From NCBI GenBank assembly GCA_965112735.1, contig OZ218956.1, positions 1,860,001-1,924,000 of the forward strand: a stretch of 64,000 bases of DNA, given 5' to 3'. Position numbers and translations under genes: made by a program. The notes below the pieces were generated by a model. That model was given only the letters and a program-made list of their open reading frames with translations. It did not search any database and had not been told where the DNA came from. This DNA is from Phaeosaccion multiseriatum. Taxonomy: Eukaryota > Protista > Ochrophyta, other classes. How positions within the stretch are numbered: the stretch's first letter is position 1; the number at the start of each line of letters is the position of its first letter. Positions 60,867 through 64,000 of this stretch are shown here, piece after piece.

Positions 60867-63223
60867 ACACTCCTTCTCCCTCTCTCTCTCCCACCTTTCT
60901 GTCTTGTCTGCCTTTGCTTCTGTATTCTTCTCCTACTGATGTGCCATACATGTAACGTCTGCATGTAGGTCGGTGGCCTTGTCTGTGGTACGAGAGCGAG
61001 GGCGTACTCCCCAAGCCCCTCTGACTCCCCCAACCCCTCTAACGCCCTCACCCCCCCTCCCCCCTTCGCCCCTCTTCTCCCTTTGGACGGACGGTTTCAG
61101 AAACTGTCCCGTCAATCTGTGGAGGACTGCCACAAATTCGGCCTCATTGGGCTGCACATCAGCAGGTGCTGTGTGGGTAGGGGGGGGGGATGGCAGCGGA
61201 CGAGAGGGGAGGAGGGAGTGAGAGAGTGAGAGGGTGATACACTGTACTATTATTTTTTGATCGTGTTGCCTGCCCCCCTCCCCTCCTGTCCACTGCCTCG
61301 CACGCCCTTGCTATGTGACCTTCTCGAATCGACTGACGCTGAAAGGTTTTACGGCTCTGCGTAGTGCTCCTTGTCTTGCCTTGTCTTACTCCCTCCGTCT
61401 CTCTCTCCCTCTCTCTCTGTGTGTGTCTGTCTCGCTCTTGTTCTCCTTTTGGTTCCTCCCTCCCTCCCTCCCCCTCTCCCCCTCTCTCTCCCTCCCTCCT
61501 TCCCTCCCCCCACACCCTCTAGTGTTAAGCTGGACGCGGCATTCATGTGTAACATCACAAATGGCGACATCGCCACGAACTTCAACATCCCCACCCATGT
61601 GGACGTGCCGTCGGAGATCCCCGGGGTGCAGATGCAGAAGCCTGGCGACCTGGTGCCGTTTGTGGAGGACATGAAGACCACTCTCCATGTGAGTTTCAAG
61701 TTCGTGAGAATGGGGTCAGGGATTACAGGATCCAGCAGAATTGTAGAGCAAGTTGGCGTCTCTCTCTCGTCTCCCTCCCCCCCCCTGCTGCTTCTGTACC
61801 ACCAACTGCTGCTGTTCTGACACGCTTGACACGCCCCCCCCCCCCCCTCCCAGGCCGCCGGTGCCCGCTTGCAAGAGCTCGGCTGCCCGGATTTTGCCAC
61901 CTTTGTTCGAAGTGTGGGCAACAAGGATGGTGTGGGGGGGTTTGTACGCGCTCTGACCAAGGCCTTTTCGGGCTTCAATGACTGTGCCGCTGTGCCGCTA
62001 CCGAGTGTCTCGCTGCTTGAGCCGCTGCCTCTCATGATGCACAAGAACGCACAGTGCCTCGCTGCTGAGCTCCATCACCGTATGGGGGGGAAGGTGAGAG
62101 AGAGTGTGTGTGTGTGTGCGTGTGTGTGTGTGTGTGTGTGAAGCAGAGGTTTCAGAGGGGATAGGGCAGAGCGTCAGAGAGGGAAGAGGACAGAGGACAG
62201 AAAGTGGAGGACGGAGGACAAAGGTTCGCAGGCAGCTGAGCGAAGCGGAATAGAGCTGATGGGGAGGGAGGGTGAGGTAAAAGTGTGGATAAGCGGCAAA
62301 ATGGCGGAGCATGCAGAGGTATATGGGGGGAGAGGGAGGAAACCACCCCCCTCTCCTGTTTCCGTTCCCAATCTGCCCATCCCGCTCTGATCCGACCACA
62401 TCCACCCACCCACGCACCCTCCTCCTCTTTCTGAAGGTCCCGGAGCTTCTCTTCTCGGATGTGGAGTCCCTAACCCCCTACGCGGACGCTGACGTGGTGT
62501 CCTGCCTCATCAATCTCGACATTCTTGTGCCCAAGGAGGGCCTGTCCAAGCCCGAGGCGTTTCACGCAAGGTAGCTTGCTTACATGCTGGGAGAGGAGAG
62601 GAGAGGGGAGGGGAGGGTGGTGGGTGGGTGGGGAGAGGAGGGGACGGGACGGGACGGGAGGGGAGGGGAGGAGAGTGGAGTGGAGGGGAGGGGAGGGGTG
62701 GAGAGCGGAGGGGAAGGGTGGGGTGAGGGTTGGATGGGATTGTATCGTAAGGGATGGGATGGGATGGCAGTGGGTGGGAGGGGATGGCAGTGGATGGGAG
62801 GGGATGGCAGTGGGTGTGAGGGGATGGCAGTGGATGGGAGGAGATGGCAGAGGATGGGAGGGGATGGCAGTGCATGGGAGGGGATGGCAGTGGATGGGAG
62901 GGGATGGTGGGATAGGAGAGGACTTCCTCTCCCCTAACCTCTGCACTACCTTTGCTCATACGCCTCTGCACTTGCCCTTTCCTGCCCATACACCTCTGCA
63001 TGCCCCCTTAGACACACGGACGTGTTGCGGGCGGTGTCAGCGCAAGTCGTGGACGTGATGGCCGGGCGACTCGGCAGCGGCTTTGTGCCTCTCGACCTCA
63101 GGTGCGGGGGAGAGAAGAACCTGTGTGTGCGTGTGTGTGTGTGAGAGAGAGAGAGTGAGTATGAATTTGTTCTTCGCTTACCTGCCCCCCCCTCCCTTCC
63201 CTCTGTTCTTCGCGCTTGGGTGA

Positions 63224-63254
<31 letters not shown>

Positions 63255-63370
63255 ATCTCTACCCTTTACCCATCCACCGCTACTCTAGCCTGTATCTGGC
63301 TCAGCTCAGCCGTGGCAAGTCCCAAAAAGCCAAGCCTCGCTTTGCCCCTGTTCGCTCCACAATGCTCTGA
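59611..63370 (+). CDS. Queuosine salvage protein (QNG1/DUF2419)-like, divergent (~9 exons)
   Basis: LNTVRESARAI, YPLQFRNVNEEINF..LALL, GLIGLHIS, FNIP...IPGV, AGARLQELG..DFATFV, FVRALTKAFSGFND, HKNAQCLAAEL, FSDVESLTPYAD, VLRA and LDL. These are collinear with DUF2419 motifs (F.D, K.AQ, LT.FAD). Confidence 0.65.
62750..62912. repeat. ~20-bp tandem repeat GGGATGGCAGTGGATGGGAG x~7, intronic
   Basis: Read directly; same core as the dispersed CCACTGCCATCC motif. Confidence 0.9.
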
Positions 63371-63750
63371 GTGTGCCTTCACTGGGCACACGGTAGGAGA
63401 GGGGAGAGAAAACAGAACGACATTCACCACGAGGTTACTGCAGGAGGAGACGGGAAAAGCAGCCGCCGCCGCAGCAGCAGCAGCAGTAGCAGAGGAATGA
63501 GGGGGGGGGGAGAACGATGCGGAGAACGATGACAGGGACCCGCATGAGCCATTTGATGAGGGTTTAACGAAAGAGGTGAAGGGGCGAAGCCCCGTTTGGA
63601 AGTATATGTTTCTCATGAAGGAAAGGGAAGCTGGATGTGGTGATGAAAAGGGAGAGGGCAGCGGCGGAGGAACAGAGAGAGAAACAGGCAGCTGCTGCTG
63701 ATAATTGTGCTGCACTGTTTACAGATGATGGTCGAGGGAGGAAAAGGACG

Positions 63751-63914
63751 ATTTTTTTGACGACGTTGGACGACGTTTGACGACGTTTGACGACGCTTTA
63801 GCCCCCTATTTTAGACGAAATTAAGGCGAATTAAGATAAAAGGGCGTCAAAGGGCGTCAAAGTGCGTCAAATAGTTTAATCGTCAAAAAAAATAAAAAAA
63901 ATGGGGCGTCAAAA
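63751..63914. repeat. AT-rich foldback with inverted arrays of TTTGACG / CGTCAA
   Basis: ATTTTTTTGACGA (63751) ... TCGTCAAAAAAAAT (63880-63893); four T(T/G)GACGACG units on the left and five CGTCAA on the right. Confidence 0.75.
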
Positions 63915-64000
63915 GTGCCACTCAACCGCGCAACGGCGAAGCGGTGGTCGAAAAGTAATTTCAGTTGAGACAATCTTTATACAGTAAGAGGAGGAAGATC

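Noticed and set aside
1-64000. tRNA, rRNA, autonomous transposase or reverse transcriptase, viral or prokaryotic defence genes
   Set aside because: No such motifs were recognised by eye. The EEP domain at 1-4101 has a PIP-like box and zf-GRF, so it is APE2 rather than a LINE endonuclease.

Overview
Intron-rich, microsatellite-laden eukaryotic nuclear DNA. It is most likely from a photosynthetic stramenopile (ochrophyte alga), because several genes begin with a signal peptide followed by an ASAF-like plastid-targeting motif. Manual splicing gives 14 supportable protein genes: APEX2 (5'-truncated), TMEM70, a DGGGPS-like UbiA prenyltransferase, a DOT1-like methyltransferase, WDR89, RMND1/DUF155, COX15, a CRAL-TRIO protein, an unknown membrane protein, a FAM13-like RhoGAP, OGT/SEC, an MCTP-like C2 protein, a kinase-PDZ-PP2C fusion and a queuosine-salvage (DUF2419)-like protein. 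The most striking item is a ~21-exon gene (48619-58339). It joins a plastid presequence, an STN7/Stt7-like kinase, a PDZ domain and a PP2C phosphatase in one reading frame. Non-coding items of interest are a self-nested MITE with target-site duplications, a dispersed ~100-bp repeat, two short motifs that recur with strand or position bias, and intronic repeats made of splice-signal words. Most long entries in the ORF track are simple-repeat artefacts. All exon boundaries and family assignments were read by eye, without database searches.
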